Assembly: GCA_963540875.1 (NCBI GenBank)
Contig: CAUTQZ010000006.1
Span: 1,225-65,224, forward strand
Reading direction: 5' to 3'
Source: an uncultured Acholeplasmataceae bacterium
GTDB taxonomy: Bacteria; Bacillota_I; Bacilli_A; Acholeplasmatales; Acholeplasmataceae
Length of the DNA stretch: 64,000 nucleotides
Positions 34,468-44,100 of the stretch are shown here, in pieces (the first letter of the stretch is position 1; every line of letters begins with the position of its first letter). A model generated the notes under the pieces. The model had not been told where the DNA came from. It made no database searches and saw only the letters and a program-made list of their open reading frames with translations. The position numbers and the translations under genes were made by a program.

Positions 34468-36239
34468 TTTTTCCTTTTTTTATCTTTTATAAATTTTTTT
34501 AATGATACATTAAACACTATAGCAAAAACTATAATAGCACTAATTAGAAATATGCTTTCTTTAATTACATTATTACGATATATTTCATAAGCCTCAGCAT
34601 AGCCGCTTTTTGAATGACCTAATTTATATTCTCTGCAAGCATTTTTATAGTCTCCTCTTAAATAGTAAATCTTACCAAGACCAATATGTGCATAATAACT
34701 ATTTGAATTATACTTAATCATTTCATTAAATAATTCATAGGATTTATCGTAATCACCTGATGCGTAATTTTTACTACTAAGATTAATAAGATCACCATAT
34801 TTCGTAGGAGTAATTATCTTTAAATAAAATGAAGAGCTTCCTTTTCTGTCTGTTAAAACGATGTTATCTCCTAAAAACCTCATAGTTTGAACATCAGAAA
34901 AGTTTTCTTTTGAACTACCTTTTTTACCGTAAACAAATAAAAGCTCACCGTTATTATTATAACTAAAAATACGTCCATTTTCTTTGTCATAAGTAATAAA
35001 TGTTCCATAAGTAGAAACATCAATTAACGATAATTTTGATTGCTTATGACCTTTTTCATTAGCTTTTTTATAATCACCCGTAATACTTTTATGTTTACTT
35101 TTTAAAATGTTTTCGCCTTTTGCATTAAATCTTTGAATTGGAGTATTTTTACTTGTAGCAGTAGCCGTATAAATAAATCCATTTTCATCTACTGCTAAAT
35201 CACTAAAATTTTCCTGTACTTTCTTATCTTTTTGATCTAAGAGATTTTTATTAGCAAGTTTACGCCAAAATTTTTCAGCAAGCGATAATTCTATTTTATT
35301 TGAGCCAACAAACTTAATGAATGTTCCATCATGGCGGTCAAAACCAAGTAATCCTAGCTTAGAACCTTCAGAAATAACGTATAAAATATTATGTTGCGGA
35401 TTAGTAGCAATTCTAACTGGTTTAAATGGAGTTTTATAATTTTCATCTAATATATGAGCTTCACTTGCTTTTAAACCAAAAGTTCTATCAAAGGTAAGTT
35501 TATAATCCTCACTAGTAAAATCATACATATAAATAGGATACTCTTGTCTTTTTGATTGTTCTAAGTTATATTTATATTTATCGTATTCTTCTTTTGGATA
35601 ATTATCATTTTTAACTTCTTGTTCTAAATCTTTTAGTAATTGTTTTTCAATTGCTAAAGTATCATCGCTAACTAAACTATCAACTTTAATAAGTACTTTT
35701 TTATCGATAGGATTTATGATATCATAATTATAAAGTAGGCGCACAACATTTGAAGATAGATATAATTTATGTTCACTAAATGCTAATGCTAATGCTTCTT
35801 TTGGTATATTTGCATCAGTTTTACTACTAAAATGATTTTTAAGTTCATATTGTTTAATAGTTAAATTATAAGTAATAACTAATATTAAAAGGCATTTATT
35901 ATGGGTAAAACTTGCTTCACTTTGAGCGTCCTCTTCTAAATTTAGGGCCATGAATATATTGTTATTACTAGTTGCTACATATAAATTAGTTATATTATAA
36001 CTAAGTGAGGTTTTTACACCCATAATAATTTCTGTTCTATCTTTAAATTCAGTTGGCAAAAAAGTAGTGATATCACGATTTAATAGGGTGTAATAGCTTT
36101 CAGGAGCATTAATTTTTTGATTATACGGATCATAATCATAGGTAATAGCTTTAACCTTACTAAAACAAACTCCTGCAATAAAGCTTAAAAATATAACCAC
36201 TAATAAAATTTTAAAAGTTTTATAATATTTTAATTTCAT
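34464..36239 (-). CDS. Bitopic protein: signal anchor, beta-propeller-like (NHL-like) region, TPR repeats, C-terminal TM; copy A
   Basis: N-terminal TM ILLVVIFLSFIAGVCF. Propeller-like strands LYVISEGSKLGLLGFDRHDGTFIKFVG, GFIYTATATS..IQRFNAKGE, NGELLFVYGKKG. TPR-like YASGDYDKSYELFNEMIKYNSNSYYAHIGLGKIYYLRGDYKNACREY. C-terminal TM IFLISAIIVFAIVFNV plus a KKRKK tail. Confidence 0.55.
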   Translation of the reverse strand: MKLKYYKTFKILLVVIFLSFIAGVCFSKVKAITYDYDPYNQKINAPESYYTLLNRDITTFLPTEFKDRTEIIMGVKTSLSYNITNLYVATSNNNIFMALNLEEDAQSEASFTHNKCLLILVITYNLTIKQYELKNHFSSKTDANIPKEALALAFSEHKLYLSSNVVRLLYNYDIINPIDKKVLIKVDSLVSDDTLAIEKQLLKDLEQEVKNDNYPKEEYDKYKYNLEQSKRQEYPIYMYDFTSEDYKLTFDRTFGLKASEAHILDENYKTPFKPVRIATNPQHNILYVISEGSKLGLLGFDRHDGTFIKFVGSNKIELSLAEKFWRKLANKNLLDQKDKKVQENFSDLAVDENGFIYTATATSKNTPIQRFNAKGENILKSKHKSITGDYKKANEKGHKQSKLSLIDVSTYGTFITYDKENGRIFSYNNNGELLFVYGKKGSSKENFSDVQTMRFLGDNIVLTDRKGSSSFYLKIITPTKYGDLINLSSKNYASGDYDKSYELFNEMIKYNSNSYYAHIGLGKIYYLRGDYKNACREYKLGHSKSGYAEAYEIYRNNVIKESIFLISAIIVFAIVFNVSLKKFIKDKKRKK

Positions 36240-39217
36240 TTAGTAATTTGAAATTCATTCCTTTTCTTTTCTAGTTCTACATCAATTTCTTTCATATATT
36301 TATAAAGAGTAGCTAGTGGATCCTCGCCATCAACTGCAGCAAGGAATGCATAATTAAATTGTCTTGTTGTCATATAGCCACCTGGTAGTTGAGGAATTCC
36401 TCTAGTTCTTTTTCGGGCTTGCTCAATAATTTTAATATCTTGACCTGGCCAAGGAAGTAGTTGAGCAACATTTTTATTTGCTGTTGCATATCTAGCTGCT
36501 GCTCCAACAATTACTTCTAGCTCTCTACCGTATTCTAATTGTATATCATCAGATAACCACCATTTTAAAAACTCCCAAGCAACATCTTTTTGTTTAGAAC
36601 TATTTAAAATAATACTTGCTTCTTTTGAGTTTGAGGTTATCTGATAATCTTTTTTAGGATTACTTATATTTTCATCACGAACAAATGTTGGGACATTAGC
36701 AATTTCCCACTTACCTGAAATTTCAGGAGCAAATACTGAAAGAGAGTTATATACATCATAAGAAATTATTCCTGCTGGCATTTCTCCAGAACGAAAACGG
36801 TTAATAAAATTAGCTTGTTTAGGTATACCTTTATTAGAGAAAAAATCTGTATATTCACGGAAAGCTTTTTTACTATTTGAATTTAATAATGCTGATTTAG
36901 TTAAATCTTCATTATAAAACGAGCCCCCCATTTGATATAAAATACTACTAAATAAACCAGTTTGAACTATATTGCTTCCTGCCTGTATATTTGCTTGTCC
37001 ACTACTACCTAGAGGAGATTCAATAAAGAAATTTAGTTTTTTATTTTGCAGTACTCCTATTATATGTTCAAGCTCTGATCTTTTCATATATTCTTTATTA
37101 ACTGTTAATCCTAATTGATCAAATATATCTTTACGATAAAAAAACACAGGGAATGTTTGTGTCTCTGGCAGAGCATAAATACCATTTTGATATTTAAATG
37201 GGACTAATGCTGAGTCGTTAAACTTATCTGCAATAGTATTAAAATCACTAAATTCAGCTAAATTACATAACGCTTTACGGAAAGCCAAATCAATAGGGAC
37301 ACTTTCAGGCACCATTAGTGCTACATCAGGACCTCTTCCAGAAGTTAGTGCTTTTAGTAAAGCTTGGCTGTTAACAATATCTATTACAATATTTAATTTT
37401 TTAATTTTTTCATTACCCGGATTATCAACTAATCGTTTTAATATTTGAGCTTGATCTCTTCCAGCTAAAACCCATACATTGAGTGGTTTTGAGTTAGTCT
37501 TTTTTTGTTTTACAGAAAATGATTTAAAAAATTTAGTAAATTCAAAATGAATATTTTCAAAAACATTAGTTCTAACTCTTTTTACTTGATGTTTAGGACT
37601 ATGAAAGAAAAACTTATCAACTGTTAACGGTTGTTCTTTTTCTTGAATTAACCAACTGCCCATACTAGTAATATTAGATTCTAAAGATTCTAGCTCGCTA
37701 ACAATACGGTTTGGGTATTCAATAAAAGTTTTTAATTGACGGATAACAGTAAGAATTGAAGAAGTTCTAGAACGAGAATTATTTACAAGCAAATGATAAT
37801 GTGCAACTAAAAGTTCTAAATTATTTATTATATTTTGAATTCTTTTTTCAAATAAAGGAACCTGTTTTTTTATCTCATATGTTTTAAATTCGTCATAATC
37901 AGAAACAACCATTTTTACTTCTAGATATAACTTATTTAATTTTTCTATACTATCTTGAACAGTTAGTAACAAATCACTTATAGTAGCGAGCGATGATTTA
38001 ATTCTGATTATATTTTTACCTTTTTCTAATGGAAATAAATAAGGTTCTTTTCTAGTACCAACCAGAAAAGTAGAAAAATAAGCATTATCTACAAAAGGTA
38101 TATAAGAAGCCTCTGCAAAAGGAACTTTACTATTAATAGTAATTTCTCGGGTTGAAAATGTTCCTTGCTTTAATGATTGTTTGGCATATAATGAAAATGC
38201 ATATAGACCTTTTTTGGGAGCATTAATCTCATATTCTACCCAATATCCTGGTAAACGCCACGAATATACTCCCATAACATTTAATTTAACATCTCTTCCG
38301 TTATAGTATGGAGTAATTTTGCTTGATGTAGTATCTGCTTGTGGTATTAGTACTGGTGATGACTTTAAGGTCATCTTTTCTCCTTCAAAGACGATTTCAT
38401 CTTTACCATCATATATTTCATATCCATTTGATAACCACATTTTTTTTGCATCGCTATAACTTTCTGGTAAACAAGATTTTTTAAAGCTTATATTATGAAT
38501 TATCATAGGTTCTCTGATACCTATTATCTCTAATGTTTGGTTTAATCCTTTATCTAGATTAAACATATATGGTCTTGGATGACCACATGTAAAATCACGC
38601 AGGAAAGTAGTTTCTTTTTTTGAAACTTCAACTTGCTTGCTTCTTATCTCATCACCAAGTTCATCAGTAGTTATTGGTCCTGCGTCTTTAAAAAACCTCG
38701 TTAATTTAATGTGTTCAGCCTCCTTAAACGGAGTCTTATTATTAATTTTAATGCTTCTTTCAATCTCACCTGATTTAGAAATAAATTGCTTTCTTTCTTC
38801 AGGTACTAACGTATCTACTTGTGTTTCATTTCCAACTAATGGCGTATAAGTAATTTCAATAGCATAAGCTCCAGCTTCTTCAACATCAAAGTTAAAAACA
38901 ACTGCTGTGTTATCACCTTGGAAAATACTACCATTATGCGAGTCTATTATAGCTCCTTTTTTAGGGAAGTGATCGTTATATGATAAGCTAATTTTTTTAT
39001 CTGGTTTATTAGTATTAATTTTATATTCGTTATACGATAAAATTGTGTTATTATTTACAGAATAACTATTATCAAAACTTAATTTTTTTTGATATTTATT
39101 AATATAGCCTGTAGTAATTATTTTATTTGCATTTACGCAAGAAAAAATAACTAATATCATAATAGTTATTAGTACAATTAGTAATGATGATTTAATTATA
39201 ATTTTTCGTATCTTCAT
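36236..39217 (-). CDS. 993-aa membrane-anchored chimera: two CBM-like beta-sandwich segments, a helical segment, and a C-terminal family-1 solute-binding domain; copy A
   Basis: N-terminal TM LLIVLITIMILVIFSC. CBM-like patterns FDVEEAGAYAIEITY...IKINNKTPFKEAEHIKLTRFF and WVEYEINAPKKGLYAFSLYAK...ITINSKVPFAEASYIPF. SBP-like C-half LNVWVLAGRDQAQ...GEMPAGIISYDVYN...ELEVIVGAAARY...GIPQLPGGY. Confidence 0.65.
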   Translation of the reverse strand: MKIRKIIIKSSLLIVLITIMILVIFSCVNANKIITTGYINKYQKKLSFDNSYSVNNNTILSYNEYKINTNKPDKKISLSYNDHFPKKGAIIDSHNGSIFQGDNTAVVFNFDVEEAGAYAIEITYTPLVGNETQVDTLVPEERKQFISKSGEIERSIKINNKTPFKEAEHIKLTRFFKDAGPITTDELGDEIRSKQVEVSKKETTFLRDFTCGHPRPYMFNLDKGLNQTLEIIGIREPMIIHNISFKKSCLPESYSDAKKMWLSNGYEIYDGKDEIVFEGEKMTLKSSPVLIPQADTTSSKITPYYNGRDVKLNVMGVYSWRLPGYWVEYEINAPKKGLYAFSLYAKQSLKQGTFSTREITINSKVPFAEASYIPFVDNAYFSTFLVGTRKEPYLFPLEKGKNIIRIKSSLATISDLLLTVQDSIEKLNKLYLEVKMVVSDYDEFKTYEIKKQVPLFEKRIQNIINNLELLVAHYHLLVNNSRSRTSSILTVIRQLKTFIEYPNRIVSELESLESNITSMGSWLIQEKEQPLTVDKFFFHSPKHQVKRVRTNVFENIHFEFTKFFKSFSVKQKKTNSKPLNVWVLAGRDQAQILKRLVDNPGNEKIKKLNIVIDIVNSQALLKALTSGRGPDVALMVPESVPIDLAFRKALCNLAEFSDFNTIADKFNDSALVPFKYQNGIYALPETQTFPVFFYRKDIFDQLGLTVNKEYMKRSELEHIIGVLQNKKLNFFIESPLGSSGQANIQAGSNIVQTGLFSSILYQMGGSFYNEDLTKSALLNSNSKKAFREYTDFFSNKGIPKQANFINRFRSGEMPAGIISYDVYNSLSVFAPEISGKWEIANVPTFVRDENISNPKKDYQITSNSKEASIILNSSKQKDVAWEFLKWWLSDDIQLEYGRELEVIVGAAARYATANKNVAQLLPWPGQDIKIIEQARKRTRGIPQLPGGYMTTRQFNYAFLAAVDGEDPLATLYKYMKEIDVELEKKRNEFQITK

Positions 39218-39230
39218 ATTTATATAATAA

Positions 39231-39264
39231 GCAAACTTTCTTAATATAAATTAAGAAAGTTTGC
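39231..39264 (-). promoter_or_regulatory. Perfect 15-bp intercistronic hairpin between the SBP and the downstream cassette genes
   Basis: GCAAACTTTCTTAAT-ATAA-ATTAAGAAAGTTTGC, followed on the minus strand by TTATTATATAAAT and the ATG at 39217. No clear SD lies between the hairpin and the ATG. Confidence 0.7.
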
Positions 39265-39278
39265 AATTTTCTATTAAA

Positions 39279-41093
39279 TTATTTATTTTCTTCCTCAATT
39301 TTAATCAAGCTTTTTAGTAATTTATCAGTAATTTCACTTACTTTATCACTAGCTTTTTTAATTTCTTGAGTAAAGTCTTTATCATCAATAGCATAACGAT
39401 ACATAGCATCTAAAACTGGTCTAGTTGATCCGTATTTTTCCATTTCATTAGGAATTATTTTATTTGGATTAGTATATGATTCGAATATCTTAGTAAATAA
39501 TCCAAGTTCGCTGCTATCTGCATTATTGTTATTAATCATATGTTCAACAACCCATTTTTCAGCATTAATAGTACCTTTTTTAGCTAAATCAATACACATA
39601 TCACGATAACTTGTGCCTTCGGGGTATTGTGCTTTAAAAAACGCTTCTCTATCTGGATGATTTGCAAAATAAGTTTTAATCTCATATGCTGCTTTAGCTC
39701 TACCATGATCACCATTAACATTAACTAATTCAAGCATTATTTGAGTACTTAATTTAGAGTTTTTAGCTTTACTTAATACAAGCATATCACCAGTAGCACC
39801 TAAAACTCTTGCTTTTTCTTTACCACGATTTCCTGGCATATCAGCAGGAAATGGCAGAATACCTACTTTAAAATCGCCATCTTTTTTGATGTTATTACTA
39901 CCTAAAATATAATCATGGAACATCCATGGGGCAGCCATTGCAAAAGCAGTACCTTCTACTTCAAAACATCTTGCAGCATTATGTGGGTTTGGAGAATCTG
40001 CTACCCATTTTTGCCAGCAACCTTCATATACAATATTTTTAGTTCCATCTGGATTAGGGTCTACATTATGTGTCATTTCTAACTCTTTTGATGGTTGATT
40101 TATTCCACCACGGCCTTTATCACCATTCATTAACTTCCACTCATCAATTACTTCTTTTAATTCCTTTAAGCCATCTCCGTTTAACATAGACTCCGTAACA
40201 GCATGGCCTCTTCTCATAGCAAGCATATCAAAAATATAATATCCACCATAAAAACCAAATGGTTTAGCACGATCATAAAAAGAAGCTTTAGGCTTATTAT
40301 ATTTATCTGAAGTTTTCATATAATTATTAATTTTTTCGCCCATCTTTTTCATTTCAGTATAGGTCCATTGTCCTTTTTCCCATAAATAAGCTGGGTCTTC
40401 ACAACCTGCTTCTTTTATTAAAGAACGATTGTAAATAAAACAATTAAATGATACTCCTGCACCGCCACCATTAGATCTTGACGAACCAAAAGTATTATAG
40501 TGAAAATTACCCTCACTATCTTTTACTTTAAGATAAGAATTAATGAACTGACCAGCACCAGAAACATTTTTCTTAATAAATTCATTATCGCCAACAACTT
40601 CTTCTTTTTCATTAAGAGAAGCTACTTCTTTATTTAGTCCAGTTAATAAATTATGTGAAACTAAATCAATTAACTCTTGTTGAGAATCAATACGTGCGAT
40701 AACTGAATGTTCATTATTAGCAGCCACTTCCTGTTGTAAACATGCTACTTTATTTTCATTTGTGTATTCTTCAAATACAATATTTGCTTTATATTTTTCA
40801 GAAACCATATTGTATTTATTTTGCATTTTATAACGAAAAGTTTTGTCGCTAGGACTAAAATCCTTATGCCATGGGTCATCTTCATTTAGATTTTTAGTTA
40901 GTATTTTAACAGTTGGCCAGCTACTATTTGATAGTCTATCAACTGCAGTATATATCTTAGTTTGGCCTGCTTCTTCGAACTCTGATGCTGGATCTAATAA
41001 ACCGTTATTTCCAGGATTTGGTTTCGGATTAGTACAGGCAAACAATGTAATTATTGTAAAAATAATTAAAACAACTAGTAATATTTTTTTCAT
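39279..41093 (-). CDS. Extracellular solute-binding lipoprotein (604 aa, enlarged family-1 SBP), copy A
   Basis: Lipobox IFTIITLFAC. SBP-like blocks LWEKGQWTYTEMKKM, AARCFEVEGTAFAMAAPWMFHDYIL and GATGDMLVLSK. SD AAAGGA. Confidence 0.75.
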   Translation of the reverse strand: MKKILLVVLIIFTIITLFACTNPKPNPGNNGLLDPASEFEEAGQTKIYTAVDRLSNSSWPTVKILTKNLNEDDPWHKDFSPSDKTFRYKMQNKYNMVSEKYKANIVFEEYTNENKVACLQQEVAANNEHSVIARIDSQQELIDLVSHNLLTGLNKEVASLNEKEEVVGDNEFIKKNVSGAGQFINSYLKVKDSEGNFHYNTFGSSRSNGGGAGVSFNCFIYNRSLIKEAGCEDPAYLWEKGQWTYTEMKKMGEKINNYMKTSDKYNKPKASFYDRAKPFGFYGGYYIFDMLAMRRGHAVTESMLNGDGLKELKEVIDEWKLMNGDKGRGGINQPSKELEMTHNVDPNPDGTKNIVYEGCWQKWVADSPNPHNAARCFEVEGTAFAMAAPWMFHDYILGSNNIKKDGDFKVGILPFPADMPGNRGKEKARVLGATGDMLVLSKAKNSKLSTQIMLELVNVNGDHGRAKAAYEIKTYFANHPDREAFFKAQYPEGTSYRDMCIDLAKKGTINAEKWVVEHMINNNNADSSELGLFTKIFESYTNPNKIIPNEMEKYGSTRPVLDAMYRYAIDDKDFTQEIKKASDKVSEITDKLLKSLIKIEEENK

Positions 41094-41118
41094 TTTTATC
41101 CTTTCATATTACTACTAG

Positions 41119-41136
41119 AGGGCACCTAGGTGCCCT
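41119..41136. promoter_or_regulatory. Perfect 18-nt GC-rich palindrome AGGGCACCTAGGTGCCCT
   Basis: Self-complementary, checked base by base. It sits in the 63-nt gap between the GH85 stop (41157) and the SBP start (41093). No U-tract follows on the coding strand. Confidence 0.6.
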
Positions 41137-41156
41137 AGCAATAAACTTTATTTTTT

Positions 41157-44100
41157 TTAAGGGAGTGCTACTGTATAATCAGTAAAATCCGCATTTGGCA
41201 TTTTACCTTCTTTATAGAACTTTAAGCTAAATTTATTCTTACGCGGATTAGAAAAATCACTAGGAATATAGATACGTCTTATCTCAACTATTCCTTCGCT
41301 ATTTGCAACGAATGTATCTACTCTTTTGTACGGATTAGTTTGTTTTAGTGTTACAACCGTACCTGGAGCTAAATTTCTAATTGTTGCTTTTACAAAATAT
41401 CCATCAGCAGCTCCACGATTATAACGATTAGAATATTTTAATCTAGTTATCATTATATCACTTTGATTTGCTACTGGAGTATCAGGAATTGAACCATCAT
41501 TATAAGGTAAATATTCTATTTCAGTAAACGAACTTTCATTAAGTTTTTCATGTTTTGCAGTGTAGTATAGAATGCCACCTTCTTTTTTTAGTGCTACATT
41601 TTCTAATGTTCTTTTTGCCATTTTAGAATTGCCAAATCCATTATGTTTAGGTAGTATTCCTATAACAGAACCATCTACTTTATCATAAAATTTTAACTCA
41701 ACATTTTTTGGATATTCTACTTCAATATCGCCAGTATTTTCTGATTTACGGTGAACTGTATATTTTATAGAACTAACATTCGTATAAGGAGAGCCTAAAA
41801 CATTATATAATTGCCAATCAAATAAAGTCATACTGCCCCAATTCTGTCCTGCAGATGTTTCAGTTATTTTTAATAACCAATATTTCCCTTTATACTTTTT
41901 ATCAAACTCAAATACTATCTCATTATTTTTTTTAGGATTTGTTATAGTTGCACACTTAGTAAATTTAGGACTACTTCCATTATGATATACGTCATCGCAA
42001 TCTACTTTAGATATTTCTTCTTCAGTACAGAATATTTCAAATTTTTTGGAAGCGTATCCCCATACTTCATCTATTGAATCTCCAAAATTTGTAGTAGTAA
42101 CACCACCAGCACAAATACGCGTAAAACCTGCTTCTCTTGCTTCTGGTAGTTTTACACAAACATAATCACCATATGATCCAACACAAGTCCACTTTGATCC
42201 CCAATCTCCTTTACCATCAACTGCTTTGTTTACATTTTCAGTAGTATTACCAAATTTTGAGTAAGCAAATACTTCACCATCTTTAAATAGATTATTACCT
42301 GCGTTAAATTCTTTTAATTTTGGCGTTTTTTTCCATACTTGCTCAGTAATATTTGATTCTAAATGTGTTAAACGCTCACCGTTTTCATTTACTGGAATAC
42401 TAGTTAAATAGACTGATTGAGCACCGTTTGTAGGAAACATATTATGAACATATGCATAACTATTTGAAGAAACTTTTAATAATTTCTTTTGATTTGTCAA
42501 ATTATCGTGCATCCAAATTTCATAGAATTTAACTGATTTTTGAGTAGGAATATGAACTCTAGCTTCAGCACTATTATTTCTATAATAAATATTTTCAACA
42601 ATTGGATTTCCTAATTTAGTAACTTTTTTAGCATTACCTAACATTTGAAGTTGACCAATGTTTAATGTATATGCGCCACTTATGTTATTAGTTACTTTAA
42701 TACCTACACCATTAATTAGTTCTCCACGAGGAATTATGCACTCAGCAATAGTCCATCCATTTTTAGTTTCAACTTTATTTAAAGTAATATTTTCAGTCCA
42801 CTCATATTTATTTTGGCCACGAGATATTAGTGCTTGAATAGTAGCATTATCTCCTGTTTCTTTGTAGGTTAAGCGGAACTTAATATCTTTTTGCATTCTT
42901 AGACGGGTAGAGTATAATTTTAATTCATTATACTTTTCACTCTCAACATTACCTTTTAATGCTAGAGAATTACCACCATTCCAAGCAGTTTCAAAATCAT
43001 ATCCAGCTCTTAATTTTTTAGATGCGTTACTATCAACCATCCAAGTCCAAGTAGGGGTAATTTCTTGTAAACTACGATTTGTCCATTCTTCATCAATTTC
43101 TAATTTGCCATCAATAAAGAATTTTTTTCCATGGCCAGTATTAAAGGTTGAATTAAACGGAAAACGATTAATAACTGATTTATCTAGAAGGTATTGAGAC
43201 ATACCAAATTTATCACCGTTATTTCTTGGATCGTATTCATATTCTCCATCTTTAGTAATACGAGATGACCAAAAATAATTTTCTAATTCATGGAATTGTT
43301 CACCAGTTGTTGCTTCACCAACAGTTGAATTTAAACAGTATGCTCCAATTGATGCTTTTAATTTACCATTAGCGTCTTTTAACCAATCAAATTGATAATC
43401 AGTATTTAAACCGTATTGTTGGAAATTTGATGCAATATATACATCATATGGACTACGATTATATCTTTTAGCTAATCTATTACTCTCATCAACTGTAGAA
43501 CTACTCCAATTATAATTTGTAAAGAAATCATCAATTAAATATGGTTTTAGAGCTTTTTTATTTTTTAATTCTTGATCTTCACCAAACCAACCAACATTTG
43601 AACCATTTAATCCATTACCATAATTAACTCCCCCATCAGTAAAAGTCATAGAGTCATACCAGTTGAAAACTAGTTCAGGATAATTTAATCTAGCATATCT
43701 AAGCGCATTTTTTAGACCTTGTAAATGCGCATAACACCCACTAGTTTCTTGGTTAAAAAAATATCCATCAAAGCCATAAAAACGAGCAATTTGAGCCAAT
43801 TTATCTATTGTAGGGAATCTTCCGTTTAGATCAGTCTTAACTAATTTTCTCATTTCTTGAACGCCTGCATCATTAGGACCATATGGGAAAAATAATCCTG
43901 CAGTAACAGCAACTCCATTACGATGTGCCATATCAATAGCATCAGCTGTAGGACATACTAAAATTCCCTTACCCGCATCTTCAGCCCAACCAACCATGCT
44001 ATCAAGATATTGCCAATGAGTAAATGCATAGTTTTGGAAACTATTATGTCCTTGAGCTCCACCATTCATAGTTAGGAAGGCGCAGTGTTGGAACTTAGCT

